Source: an uncultured Chthonomonadaceae bacterium
GTDB taxonomy: Bacteria; Armatimonadota; Chthonomonadetes; Chthonomonadales; Chthonomonadaceae
NCBI GenBank assembly: GCA_963835065.1
Contig: CAWIEK010000041.1
Span: 146,321-210,320 of the forward strand
Length of the DNA: 64,000 nt
Direction: 5' to 3'
Positions 52,454-64,000 of the stretch are shown here, in pieces (positions within the stretch are counted from its first letter, which is position 1; the number at the start of each line of letters is the position of its first letter). A program made the position numbers and the translations under genes. Below the pieces are notes generated by a model, which was not told the origin of the DNA, ran no database searches, and worked only from the letters and a program-made list of their open reading frames with translations.

Positions 52454-55400
52454 TTACCGATGCAGAGGAACATCCACATATTTGGTGATGTTATTGACAG
52501 TGACGCGGACACGGGCGGACGCGCCGAAGTAATTGCGCGGCAAGGGTTGTTGCCTCACCGTGATGGGTACGTTCGATGCGCCGCCCGCAACTTTGGCCGC
52601 GCCATTGAACTGCAGATACGGATTGGGCGAGTCGAAGGAGACAACCACGCCCTGCGGCCCTGCCTTGCCGTTGAGGATGGTAGTGATTGTGTAGGTTCCA
52701 TCTGGATTCGGCGTGGCTTTCACGTCGGCCAGGCTCGGCGGTTTCACAACGAAGGCTGCCGTTTGGGATGCTTTGCCGCTGGTGGCGGTGATAACAATCG
52801 GCGTTTCCCGATCCACCGGAGACGTGTGCAGGGTGAACTCCGCCGGCAACTGCCCTGCCGAAACCGTAATTGGCGAGGCTGGTATCTGCGCCGTTTTGGA
52901 ATCGTTGATGGTAAGGTACACAGGCGTATCGCCAATCGGAGCTTTCGCGGCCAGAATCACCGTTCCATGCGCGTCCTGCCCGCCCACAACCGTGCCGGGC
53001 GTGAAAGTCAAGGCGGCAACGGCAGGCAATTCAACAGCGGGCGCGGCGGGCTTGTCCGGCGTTGTCACCTGCAGCAGCGCGATTTTGGAAATTTTATCAT
53101 CGGTGTGAGCCGTGATAGCGATAGCGCGTGGAACAATCGCCTGCTGCGCCTTCGCATCGGGTTGTATTTTTGTCGGTGTGCCGGACGTCTGCTTGTTACC
53201 GGCTTGTTGCTGTTGCGGCAAATTCGCGCCGGATTGTTTTTTTGCCGGTGTACCAGAACGGCGTCTTACTGCCGGATTTTTTCGCAACAGGCGGCGGTTT
53301 TGCGCCCCCGACAGGAGTTGGCTTTACTGACGCGCCAGACGGTTGTGGTGGCTTGTTACCGGCTGGCGTATTGGGCTGTGGCGTCGTATTGGACTGTGGC
53401 GGCGAATTCGCGCCGGGTGTGCTGCCCCCTGCGCCGGACGGTTGCTGCGCTTGCGGGGCGGCAAATTGACCCGTCTTAATGATGAATACCGCCGAGGTCT
53501 GCCCTTTTGGAACAACAACGGTTTGCATCGGCAAGTGAGCATAATCCTCGTCATCGCTGTTAAGATGAACGGTTGTGTTTTCTGAGACGGGCGCGCTGAA
53601 GGTAACGGTTCCCACCGTAGTATTGCCGAGGACTACGGGAGCGGGATCGAAAGCCAATGCGCTCAGTACCCCTCCCGTCGCCGACTTTGGTTCTGTCGGA
53701 ACCGGAACAGGCTTGAGATAATCCGGCGTTTCGGTATTCAGGTCGAAACGGAGGGGCACGTCGGAAAGCACGTCCACAATGTCGCCAATGGTCGGGTACA
53801 TGCTGGTTTGCGCGAACAAAATGCTCTCCTGCCGCGCGGCTGCGGATGCCTTGCGTCGGTAGAAGTAGCCCAAAATGGGAATATCTCGAAAGATGGGCAA
53901 ATCTTTAACGATAGGAACGCCGCCGGAACGCACTTCCGGCAGACCTATTTTGGTATTTGCCTCGAATGTGGAGATTTCGCGAAACTCCAGGTTGCTGATC
54001 TGCACGGGCGTGTTGATGGTATGCCGGTCAATGTTGGGCAGGTCGGGCGTGGTCGTTCCCAGTGGTGATTGAATTCGCGTTGCCGCCGTATAGTTCAGGT
54101 CGAAGCGCAATGCCTGCCCGGAGGGGTCGAAAATAGGCGTGATCTGGAACTGACTCCCTGTATTGATGCTGTAGATTTCCCCGCCGGCGTCCTGCGGCTT
54201 GGAAGCCAGGTCTCCGAATAGGGCGAGCAGGCCGCCGAGGGCGAAGTAATTGCCTGTGGACTGCCCCAGGCGCGCGGCCAGTCCGCCACCGAGCAGGGGT
54301 ACTGTCGTTTGTAGCTTTTCCTGCCGCTGCGCGTCCCGGAACTGTTGATTGTTCTGAACCCCGCTGATAATCTGGCCGAGTTGCGTGGCTTCCTGTAAGA
54401 AGTCCGTTCCGCCGGATAGGTTTAGGTTGGCGCTGGCGCGCGGGTCCAGGCGGGAAATCTGCCGATTCGTGACCAGCATGGATTCGCGATTCAGAACGCC
54501 AACCTGCACGTTGGAGCGCGCGTTTTTGCGTAGCTCGTCCAGAGCGGGCTGCACGAAAAAGTAGTTGAGGTCGTCTTCGGCAACGATAATCATGCGCTTG
54601 ATCATGTCATCGGCGGCGGCAACGCGGGGCGTTGCTTCGGCCAGCGAATTGCGCTGCCGCACCACGTTGACAATGTTGAGGGCCGCTATATCCATCTCGC
54701 GTAATTCATTTTGATGATGCTTTATCGTCGCCTGATAGCCCTCTTGCGTTGCCTTCTTGTCAGCATCTGTCTTATCCTGGGGGTTCGGGGCCGCTGTTCT
54801 GGCGGCCTGAATCTCACCAACGATAGTTGGAATATTCGTGTGGAGTACTCCCGTCGCTTTCAAGCCGAGTTGGTAATAGGAGAGTCCATCATCCTCTTTG
54901 TGGTCGCCCGACTTGAAGAACTTTGAATAAAGCCATCCGACCAGCGGCAGATACTGTTCGCGCAACAGCAACGCCTCCTGCGAGTCGTAGCGTTTATTGG
55001 ATAGAGGAGTACCCGCCAGATCATCTTTGCGAATTTCCAGCGCGTCAATCTGCGACAGCAGGCGGCGAATTTCGGATGTGACAGCTTCCCTGGATTTGGA
55101 CTGAAGCGCGCTCAGGATTTCTAATTGGTTTGCGTTCAGCGCGGAGTTGGAAACTCCCATGTCGGGCGGAGACGCTACCAGTAATCCCAAAATAGTGCGC
55201 GGAAAGGCCGGGTAGACCGATGAGGTATCTGTTCCCGAACCTGAAGAAGAATTTGCAGGATGGCCGGTGGCCTGGTTATCCCTGCCGGGATTTGCGAGAT
55301 ATATTGTGTTCTCGGGAAGGTCGTAATCCGCGTTGATAATCAGGCCGTTATTCTCGATGTCCGCGTCGCTGGGCTGGCTGGCTGCCTGCGAGAAATTGCT

Positions 55401-58180
55401 GGGGCGTACTCGCGTATAACTGCTTATTGCGGTCGCAAAATTTTTCAACGCTCGAAATTGCGGCACATCCTGCCCACCCTTTGCTTCAAACCTTTTGTTG
55501 ATTTCCTGGGCGAAGCGGTTCAGAATGTTGACGCGGGAAGATACTTTGCCGAGGCTGAGGACGAACAGCATCTCGCCCAAAGTAGTCGCGTGTGCCGGGT
55601 CAGGCAGGGTCCATCGCGTCAACGAGGCAATAGCGGCATAATCCTCAGCGGCTGGAGGTTTGCCGGTGTACACGGGAAATTCCGGCGATAGAGGATGAGA
55701 GCGAAGATGACTCCCGGCTGTCTGGTTCAAGAGAAAGGGGAAGCCGAGTACCTGCCGAATTTCGCGGGAGTAAAAGAAATAGCGCGCTAATCTCGCTTGC
55801 TCCTGTGCCGGCGCTGCAGTACTGATATTGGAGTTAGACGGTTTCAAGGCAAATTGCGCCACACGGTTGACTTCTTCCGTGATGCTGTCGCGCAATATGT
55901 CCTGAACGGAGATGATGGAGCCACGCAGGTCGCGGAGCGTGTTTTCCACGTTTTTCAGGGCGCGGTTGATGGCGTTGATATCGGAGCCGTTGAGCTGCAG
56001 CGTCCAGAGGGTGACGCGGGCCTGCGGGGCGGGACGGTCGTACCCGGCGATCAATTCTTTCACGCGCTCTACGTCTTTAGGCAGGCCGCGAATGAAAATT
56101 ACCTTGCTGTCATCGTAGCCGATAAGTATCACGCGCTTGATGGGGTCGGTGCTGACGCCAACCGGTTCCGTGTAGTAGAACGCGCCATGCGCGTGAAGGT
56201 CGCCGAACGCCTGCGCTTCCTCATCGGCTGTGCGCGAAGCCACAATGCGGGCTTTGGCCTGCGCGGATTGCAGGTCAATCAGGCTTTTACGCGCCGCCGT
56301 TTGTTTGTCCTGCAAACTTGTTTGCTGGTCTAAGAGAGTGTCATGCTGCTTCTTAATGGCGGCCTGCTCATCGGTAAGCTGCTTCACAATAATGTTCTGC
56401 TGATCCGACTGCGTTTTTGCGCGATCCATCTGTTGCTGCGTCTGATTGATCTGGTTTTGCAGCGATTGCGCCCTCGCCGTGTCGTTGGCGTTGGTCGTTC
56501 CGGCCTGCTTGTTCAAATCGTCCAGACGCCGCTGTAGGTTGGTCTGGCGTAATGTCAGCGTGTCATTCAGCCGCGTCAGCGATTCCAGACGCTGCTCTGC
56601 GCCCTTCGCGTCCGTGTCCGCTTTGGCAAGTTGCGCGGTGGTGCGGCGTAAGTCTTCCTGTATACTGCGCAATTCCTGCGCGGCAAGATTGATCTGCGTG
56701 TTGGCAAAGGCAATATCGCCTTCCGTGTCAAGCAGCGCCTTGCGCTTGTCCGCAAAGTCTTTTTGCAGTTGGTCGGCGTTTTCCGGGTCTCTGCGCTGCA
56801 CGTTTGCATTGAGCGCGTACAGCAGTCGGGGAACATCGGTGAAGTAGAACAGACGCATTTGATCCTGCACAAAATGTTCCCTGTCGCCACTCAACACATC
56901 GTCCAGAATGGCGGTCTGCGTGGAAAGCGTGTTATCGGCGGTTTTTAGTGACGGGAACAAGATCGGCGGCGTTGCCGGTGTCTACTCCCCGCTTTTTGTA
57001 ACCAGGTCCAGCAGCTTCGGGCGTGGCTCCTGTACAATGAGGAGAACATCAGCGGCTTGCGCGCGGGCGTAGTTCAGCAGGGCAGGCGCGGTAATTATTT
57101 TTTCCTCATCGCGCGGATTTTTGTTCAGGGCGGCCTGGAGTTCCAGAGTGGTTGTTTTCACGGTATCGCCCTGCGCCAGAATGTCTTTTTGCAGGGAATG
57201 TCAGCCACGCCTCGAAATGAGAAGCGACGGTTTTGTCCTCGTCATCAACCGCCTTTTTCCGCTTTCATCACAATCATCTTCTTTCAGATCGGCAGCGGCA
57301 AGCGCGTCCTTTAGTTTTTGAGCAAGTTTGTCCCACGCATCGCCCAGCTGCGTCCGCAGCGTTTCCACCGCCAACTCCGCGCCCAGATTGCTGACAAGCG
57401 CGGTACGTACTGCATCAGGTTTGGCGGTGGGGGCAAGGGCGGGCAAAATGGTCGCGTCCAGACGCGCTTTCAGCAGATTGAACAGGCCGGCGGCATAAGC
57501 GTAAGGGTTCTGAACGGCATTATGCAGATTGGTGGGCTTTGTCGCATCCCCTGCCGCCGCTCCCAACGCCTTGTCCTTGATGTCGCTGAGGACGGCAGCC
57601 ATATCCTTGAGCGTCTGTTCCGCATCCGCAACGGCCTTGTTCGCGGCTGTTTTATCAGCCTCGGTTGCCAGGGCGGCAATCACAGAAGGCTTAACGGCAT
57701 CATGCGCCGCCTGCAAATCCATCTGCGCTTTGGGCAGCCCGGTTTTGGCGTCCGCGTCCGCGCGCAGGTTGGCTTCCAGCATTTTCAGCGAAGCGGTTGT
57801 CACCTTGTTATCCGTCAACAACTGCGCCATGCCGTTCAAGCGTTTGGCGGGGTCGGCGTCCAGATCGGCGTCTTTGCCGGTGGAAGGCAGGCCGTTGATG
57901 ATACTCAGCGCCGTGTCGCGGTGGGATTGCGCGTCGGCAAGCGCGCTTTTGGCTTTGTTAAGCGCGGTATTCAGCGAGTCCACAAGGTCGGCGGGCGCTT
58001 TCGTAGCGGTATCCTGCCCGCTTCCGGCGGTGCAGGGGCATTTGTGGTTTGCGGCTTGGGAGCCGAAGCAGCGGCGGGCGTATCCGCGCTCACTTTGCCG
58101 GATAGGGGAAGCGCGAGGCAGAAAATGGCTGGAGTGGCAAGCCAAACGATACGGGCCTTGCTTAAATCGGGAAACAGCAT
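52454..58180 (-). CDS. Giant secretin-like outer-membrane protein (about 1900 aa), split by several frameshifts
   Basis: SD GGAGG, signal peptide, coiled coils, IFIRGLPKDVERVKELIAGYDRPAPQ, LPIFRDIPILGYFY, C-terminal Ig-like repeats. Confidence 0.7.
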
Positions 58181-58333
58181 TAGAACCTCCAGTAAAGAAT
58201 GCATTGGAAGTATAGCAATTTGAAACTTGCAAACATGGAAGCGCAAGCAGAAAGCGGTGGAGCGGAACATACAGCGTCGGTTGCAGATCAACAGAATACG
58301 CCAGTCATCTGCAACACAATACTTAACTTAATA

Positions 58334-58362
58334 AATATACCTGCCAAGCATGTTTGTGTCAA
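58334..58362 (-). promoter_or_regulatory. Sigma70 promoter TTGACA-17-TATATT
   Basis: Consensus match upstream of the secretin-like gene. Confidence 0.65.
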
Positions 58363-58599
58363 CAGGCGCGTGGACATATTTCACAAATTTTTAATTTGTT
58401 TTAGAAGACAAAGGGATAAACTCAGAAATTCTCTTCTCGGTCTCTGGAACGGCGCGGCGAAATAAGTCTGGAACAGGCGCGATTGTAGCTGTGTTTACCA
58501 AATGCAAGTCCAGAAAGCCCCTTGCTTTAGCAATGGGGATGAATGGACTTCCTGTTCAGACTTCGGCTCTCAGGCCGAATGTCGTCCTACCTTGCGTCC

Positions 58600-58628
58600 T
58601 TGACAGGTGTTGGCTTGCCGGGTAAACT
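58600..58628 (+). promoter_or_regulatory. tnpB promoter TTGACA-17-TAAACT, leaderless
   Basis: ATG 6 nt after the -10 box. Confidence 0.7.
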
Positions 58629-58634
58629 GTGTGT

Positions 58635-59808
58635 ATGATGGTCTGCTTCCAGTACAAAGTCTATCCCACTCCCGAACAGGAGCAGGTTCTCTGCGACACG
58701 CTCGAAGTCTGCCGCCGCCTGTACAACCATGCGCTTGCCGAACGCATAGATGCTTACCAACACGAAGGCAGAACCGTCACCTTTGCCGAGCAGTGCCGGC
58801 AACTGCCTTGTCTCAAAGAACGCGCGCAGCCGCTTGCCGACATTTACTCTCAGGTAGCGCAGGACGCTCTCAAACGGCTGGACAAAGCGTATCAGAACTT
58901 CTTCCGCCGCGTGAAGGCCGGCAGCGAGAAACCGGGCTTTCCCCGCTTCAAGGGAGTAGGACGCTATCGTTCCTTCACCTATCCGCAGTGGGAAAGAGGC
59001 GTGAGTTTGCAGGACGGCTTTCTGAGGTTGTCTAAGATAGGCGATGTTGCTATTCGCCTGCATCGTCCGCTGCAAGGCACTCCCAAGACCTGCACCCTCA
59101 CGCACAAGTCGGACGGCTGGTACTGCTGCATTGACTGTGACGTGGAACCCGAACCGCTTCCTGAAACCGGCAGGGAAGTGGGCATAGATGTCGGCTTGGA
59201 GAACTTTGCCACGTTCTCCGATGATACGCCTCCTCTTCCCAATCCCAAGCCCTTGCATAAAGCACAAGCCGCACTGCGCACAAGCCAGAAGCGGTTGGAA
59301 CGCCGCACACGAAGGGACAAGAACGGCAAACTCCTGCCGCGTCAGAGCAGGCGACGCGACAAAGCAAAGGTCTTGCTGGCAAAGGCGCATCAGCGGGTGG
59401 CGAGAGCCAGATTAGATTTCATCCACAAGGTTGTCCATGACCTGCTCGCCCGTTTCGACACCATTTACATCGAGAAGCTCAACATTGCGGGCATGTTGAA
59501 GAACCATCACCTTGCACGAGCCATTATGGATGCCGGTTGGGGGCTGTTCTTTGCTGTTTTGAAGTCACAGGCTGCAAGAGCCGTCAGACGGGTGATAGAA
59601 GTGCAGTCCCAGCAGTAACCAGTCAGAATTGTTCCGATGTGGCGAGTACGTGCCCAAATCACTCTCCTGCCGTACGCACTCTTGTCCCTACTGCGGCCTT
59701 GTGCTGCATCGGGATGTAAATGCCGCCCGCAACATACAGAAGAAGGGCAGGGACGCTGCCTTCAGCGAGAGGGCTGTGGTAAATGCCCTCGCAGACCTGA
59801 GAATATGA
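58635..59808 (+). CDS. tnpB: TnpB RNA-guided nuclease; frameshifts at about 59615-59670
   Basis: YKVYPT, GFPRFK, RuvC GIDVG / YIEKL / HRDVNAARN, zinc finger CPYCG. Confidence 0.93.
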
Positions 59809-59860
59809 AGCCCTGGCGTTTACGCCTGGGGAGCCGTCACAGGATTCGCCGGATTGTGTC
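59640..59860 (+). ncRNA. Predicted omegaRNA/reRNA with flank-derived guide; 5' end approximate
   Basis: Inferred from TnpB element architecture; hairpins at 59768-59790 and 59810-59831. Confidence 0.5.
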
Positions 59861-59931
59861 ATAATGCGGCGAGGATGAACACGGCGCAAATTTTTGTACC
59901 TGAAGAAACAGCAAAACAGCCGCGCGCATGA

Positions 59932-61260
<1,329 letters not shown>

Positions 61261-61263
<3 letters not shown>

Positions 61264-61525
61264 ACCACGGGGGACACGGGGAACACGGGAGGAGAAGGGG
61301 AAAAGAACCGGAAAAAGGAACCGCGAAACACACGAACCTAAACGAAAAGAGGAAAATACAAAGAACCGCAAAGGGGCAAAGGGGGCAAAGAGGAGAAATC
61401 TCGTTCATAAGGTTCTTTCAACTCTTTTCTCCTATCCTTTTGTTCTTTTTTCGTTTATTTCGTGTGTTTCGCGGTTCTCCTTCCCCCTCTCGCCTCTCCG
61501 TGTTCCCCGTGTCCCCCGTGGTTTA
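61261..61525. repeat. Nested long-hairpin element, 28-bp outer arms, inner module shared with 47442
   Basis: TAAACCACGGGGGACACGGGGAACACGG and inverse; inner arms 61318-61336 / 61459-61477. Confidence 0.9.
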
Positions 61526-61546
61526 AAAGTTTTTTGGAGTGTTGCT

Positions 61547-61801
61547 GTGGAGAAGGAGTATCACTGGTACGTGATTGGCTGTGACCGGTTGGGGCAAGCG
61601 CCGGTAGCGCAAAAAGAATTTGTAAGCCGCTGGCAGGAATTCGAGGCCCATGCGGAGCAATTAAAGGCGGCGGACGCGAACGGCACGTTGTTGAAATTGG
61701 ATGCCGCAGACCGGGCGGAAATGGAAGCGCGCATGAAAGACGATCCGTTCGTTCGCGCGATTCTGGTCGGCATGGCGGAAGAAGGCGTCTCATTCTCGTA
61801 A
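61547..61801 (+). CDS. Small hypothetical protein (YHWYVIGC motif)
   Basis: GGAG + GTG; similar to the next ORF. Confidence 0.65.
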   Translation: MEKEYHWYVIGCDRLGQAPVAQKEFVSRWQEFEAHAEQLKAADANGTLLKLDAADRAEMEARMKDDPFVRAILVGMAEEGVSFS

Positions 61802-61825
61802 CTCGTTCTCGCAGGGGGCGTGACT

Positions 61826-62236
61826 ATGGAAAATTGCGGCGATTATTTGGAATCGGCAGATCAGCATTACCACTGGTACGTGCTTGGCTGCGAATATTGG
61901 GGCTGGACGCCGTTGCTGAAAATGGACTTTCTGAACGATTACGAGCGCCTGCATCGGTGTGAGCGAGTCGAACTCGCGTACCGAGAAAAGTCCGCGGATA
62001 CGGCTTTTTGGAAGGCGCAAGGATTTAGTGAAGGACTGCGCCTGAGCGACATGCTGAAGAACGTCAAGCAGGAAATTAATCGGCTTTGCGTGATTGACCG
62101 CGCGGTGTTGATGGGCAAGCGTTTGGATGGGGAGAGCGGCGCGTCTGTTGGGGCGCGTTTGCATCCGACTTCACCGACTTTAACGGGAACTGCCGCGAAT
62201 CAATTGCCGTATGAGGATACAGAATCGAACGTATAG
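61826..62236 (+). CDS. Small hypothetical protein (YHWYVLGC motif)
   Basis: Paralogous N-terminus. Confidence 0.65.
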   Translation: MENCGDYLESADQHYHWYVLGCEYWGWTPLLKMDFLNDYERLHRCERVELAYREKSADTAFWKAQGFSEGLRLSDMLKNVKQEINRLCVIDRAVLMGKRLDGESGASVGARLHPTSPTLTGTAANQLPYEDTESNV

Positions 62237-62395
62237 GATTCGTGGCCTGAGTAACAGTTCCTTCGCGTAATTTGTCAGGTGCTTGTTGTTCGCTTTTCTC
62301 CGTTATCATGTTGTAAATTCTGTTGGTTTGAGGCAACCGCGATTACTGCCACCACGTCCAACCTGCCTTCCGCTTCTTTGCGACGCAAGCCCCTG

Positions 62396-62752
62396 ATGCA
62401 GCGCCGCCCTTTTGTGTTGCTTCTGACGGTTGCTGCCTGCCTGCTGTTCAGCGTTGTCGGCATGAACGCGGCGCGTCCGTTTGTGCTGGCGTCGCGTCTC
62501 CGCGACCGCAACGACGGCCTGGAACGCCAACTCAAACGCCTGCAAATCCAAAACCAGAACGCGGCCAAAGAACTCCGCGCTATTGAAACGCCGGAAGGTA
62601 TCGAACTGGCCGCCCGCAAACTCGGCTACGTGTTCCCCAACGAGCGCAAACTCCGCATCCCCAACACGCCCGCCAATGCCCCTGCTTCCAGTCCCTCTGC
62701 TTCCACGCCAAGCCAACGTCCAATCCATAAAAATAGCCGCCCGGTCTTGTGA
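62396..62752 (+). CDS. ftsB: FtsB/DivIC-like septum formation initiator
   Basis: TM + coiled coil + IELAARKLGYVFPNE; downstream of eno; start uncertain. Confidence 0.75.
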   Translation: MQRRPFVLLLTVAACLLFSVVGMNAARPFVLASRLRDRNDGLERQLKRLQIQNQNAAKELRAIETPEGIELAARKLGYVFPNERKLRIPNTPANAPASSPSASTPSQRPIHKNSRPVL

Positions 62753-62784
62753 CCGAACGGCTGCCGCTCAACTTGATTTATTCA

Positions 62785-62947
62785 TAACTTTTCACCACCA
62801 AGACGCCAAGAACACCAAGAGAAAACAGGCAATTCAGAAGGCATAAAATCCAAGACAGGTTCGTTCTCTCCGGTAATTCTACAACGTCTTTCTTCTTATT
62901 TTTCTCGTTCTGCTTGGTGTTCTTGGTGTCTTGGTGGTGAAAAGTTA
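62785..62947. repeat. Long-hairpin element, 35-bp arms (1 mismatch)
   Basis: TAACTTTTCACCACCAAGACGCCAAGAACACCAAG and inverse. Confidence 0.9.
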
Positions 62948-62950
62948 GGT

Positions 62951-63892
62951 TTATTCCTCGTACATGACTTCCGACTCGGTGTGCAGGCCATACGCTTGCG
63001 CAACCTCCGCGTCATGCGTTGCCAGAACGAAATAGCCTTTTTCCGGGCGGCTGCGTTCGGGATCGAAAACAACGCCCGCCTGCTGCATAGCCGTTAAGCG
63101 AACCGCCTCTTCCGGCAATAGGGCAAGCAGGTCGGTCAGGGAGTGTGCCTGTGGGAGCGGAATGGCGGTTTGTAAAATCGAAATGTATCGCGCAGGAATG
63201 GTCGTCACGCTTTGCCAGAGTTCCAGATACTTGCCGCGCACATAGGGATTCAATTGGTTTTGATAATCCTGCGGCAGGGCGAACATCTTGATGAGTTCCT
63301 GCACGTCGGCAAGGTCTTTGATACGGCCCGCGCCCGTGATGCCGGACGCGAGTTTCAGTTCAATAAGGGCAGGCAGCGCCAGATAGCGGATGTTATCGCG
63401 TTCAATGGCAACGGTTGCAGGGTCGGGAAACGCAACCGGCTTGGGCTTGCCGTCGCCGGGATACTCGCCCGCAATCAGAAACTCAATGCGAACGCCAAAC
63501 TCGGCGTCACGCAGGTTCTTGCTGCCCGCAAACGGCGGCACGTAGCCGCGCCCTTCCAATTGCGCGTGAAGGATTTTCAGCCCTTCCCGCGTTACCAGAA
63601 TGTCTACATCTTCAGTAAAGCGCCGAAACCCGTGCTGAAACAACGCCATGCCGCCGACAACCGCATAGTCAATGTGAAGGTCAGCAAGTCGCGCCGTAAT
63701 TTTGCGCAAGGTGGCCTGCACCGCGCTTTTTTGCTCGAAGTGCAAACTTCCCTCCCTCAACGCCCACTCCGAATCATTTATCAATTGATCTTCATAGACA
63801 AAGGGTGTAGGAGCAAAGGCCGCTGTCATTGCTTTTAATCGCTTCAGGCGTTCGCGTGTTTCTGTGTCCAAAACAGTAGTGCCGTTTTCCAA
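62951..63892 (-). CDS. Pol-beta superfamily nucleotidyltransferase (AbiEii/DUF6036-like)
   Basis: YAVVGGMAL...RRFTEDVDILV, LIELKLASG, RIKDLAD. Confidence 0.8.
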   Translation of the reverse strand: MENGTTVLDTETRERLKRLKAMTAAFAPTPFVYEDQLINDSEWALREGSLHFEQKSAVQATLRKITARLADLHIDYAVVGGMALFQHGFRRFTEDVDILVTREGLKILHAQLEGRGYVPPFAGSKNLRDAEFGVRIEFLIAGEYPGDGKPKPVAFPDPATVAIERDNIRYLALPALIELKLASGITGAGRIKDLADVQELIKMFALPQDYQNQLNPYVRGKYLELWQSVTTIPARYISILQTAIPLPQAHSLTDLLALLPEEAVRLTAMQQAGVVFDPERSRPEKGYFVLATHDAEVAQAYGLHTESEVMYEE

Positions 63893-64000
63893 AATTCAAC
63901 CCTTTTCATCAAAATAGTTGACTTTAATGCGTATACGACGGCAAAACGGACAATTCCTTCCTATGCAGTCGCTGGTTGCACAAATTTTCGTTGTAAATGT

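Larger units (their letters stand above)
58499..59840 (+). mobile_element. IS200/IS605-family TnpB-only (IS1341-type) element
   Basis: TTAC target, AAAG + left hairpin at 58514-58540, GAAG + right hairpin ending in TCAC at 59807-59840; no tnpA. Confidence 0.88.

Noticed and set aside
58635..59808. Cas12 effector
   Set aside because: About 390 aa, IS605-type ends and no array; ordinary TnpB.

Overview
Bacterial chromosomal window with GC-rich coding sequence. Gene content suggests Armatimonadota or a similar diderm lineage; this is inference only. The backbone carries a sugar ABC transporter operon, phosphatases, an S9 peptidase, glycogen phosphorylase, planctomycete-type cytochrome c genes, mscL, an Rrf2-controlled oxidoreductase cluster, a ycf45-like ATPase, a giant secretin-like gene, eno and an ftsB-like gene. 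Many genes are split by single-base frameshifts, probably long-read indel errors. Accessory content: an ISAzo13-type IS, a TnpB-only IS200/IS605 element, a 5.1-kb head-to-tail duplication (PRTase-like gene + glgP + small gene), and many heptamer arrays and nested long-hairpin elements. The best candidate for an undescribed system is a minus-strand operon at 37172-44540: unknown gene, degenerate BrxD/DUF2791-like ATPase, intact BrxD-like ATPase, unknown gene and stand-alone SNF2 helicase. A 1.6-kb toxin-antitoxin/TOPRIM-like cassette has inserted at the 3' end of the intact ATPase gene. The TOPRIM-like gene is itself disrupted by a 33-bp repeat / 34-bp spacer / 33-bp repeat that resembles an ectopic CRISPR spacer integration. 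No rRNA, tRNA or true CRISPR array was recognised. All family calls come from motif recognition by eye, not from searches.
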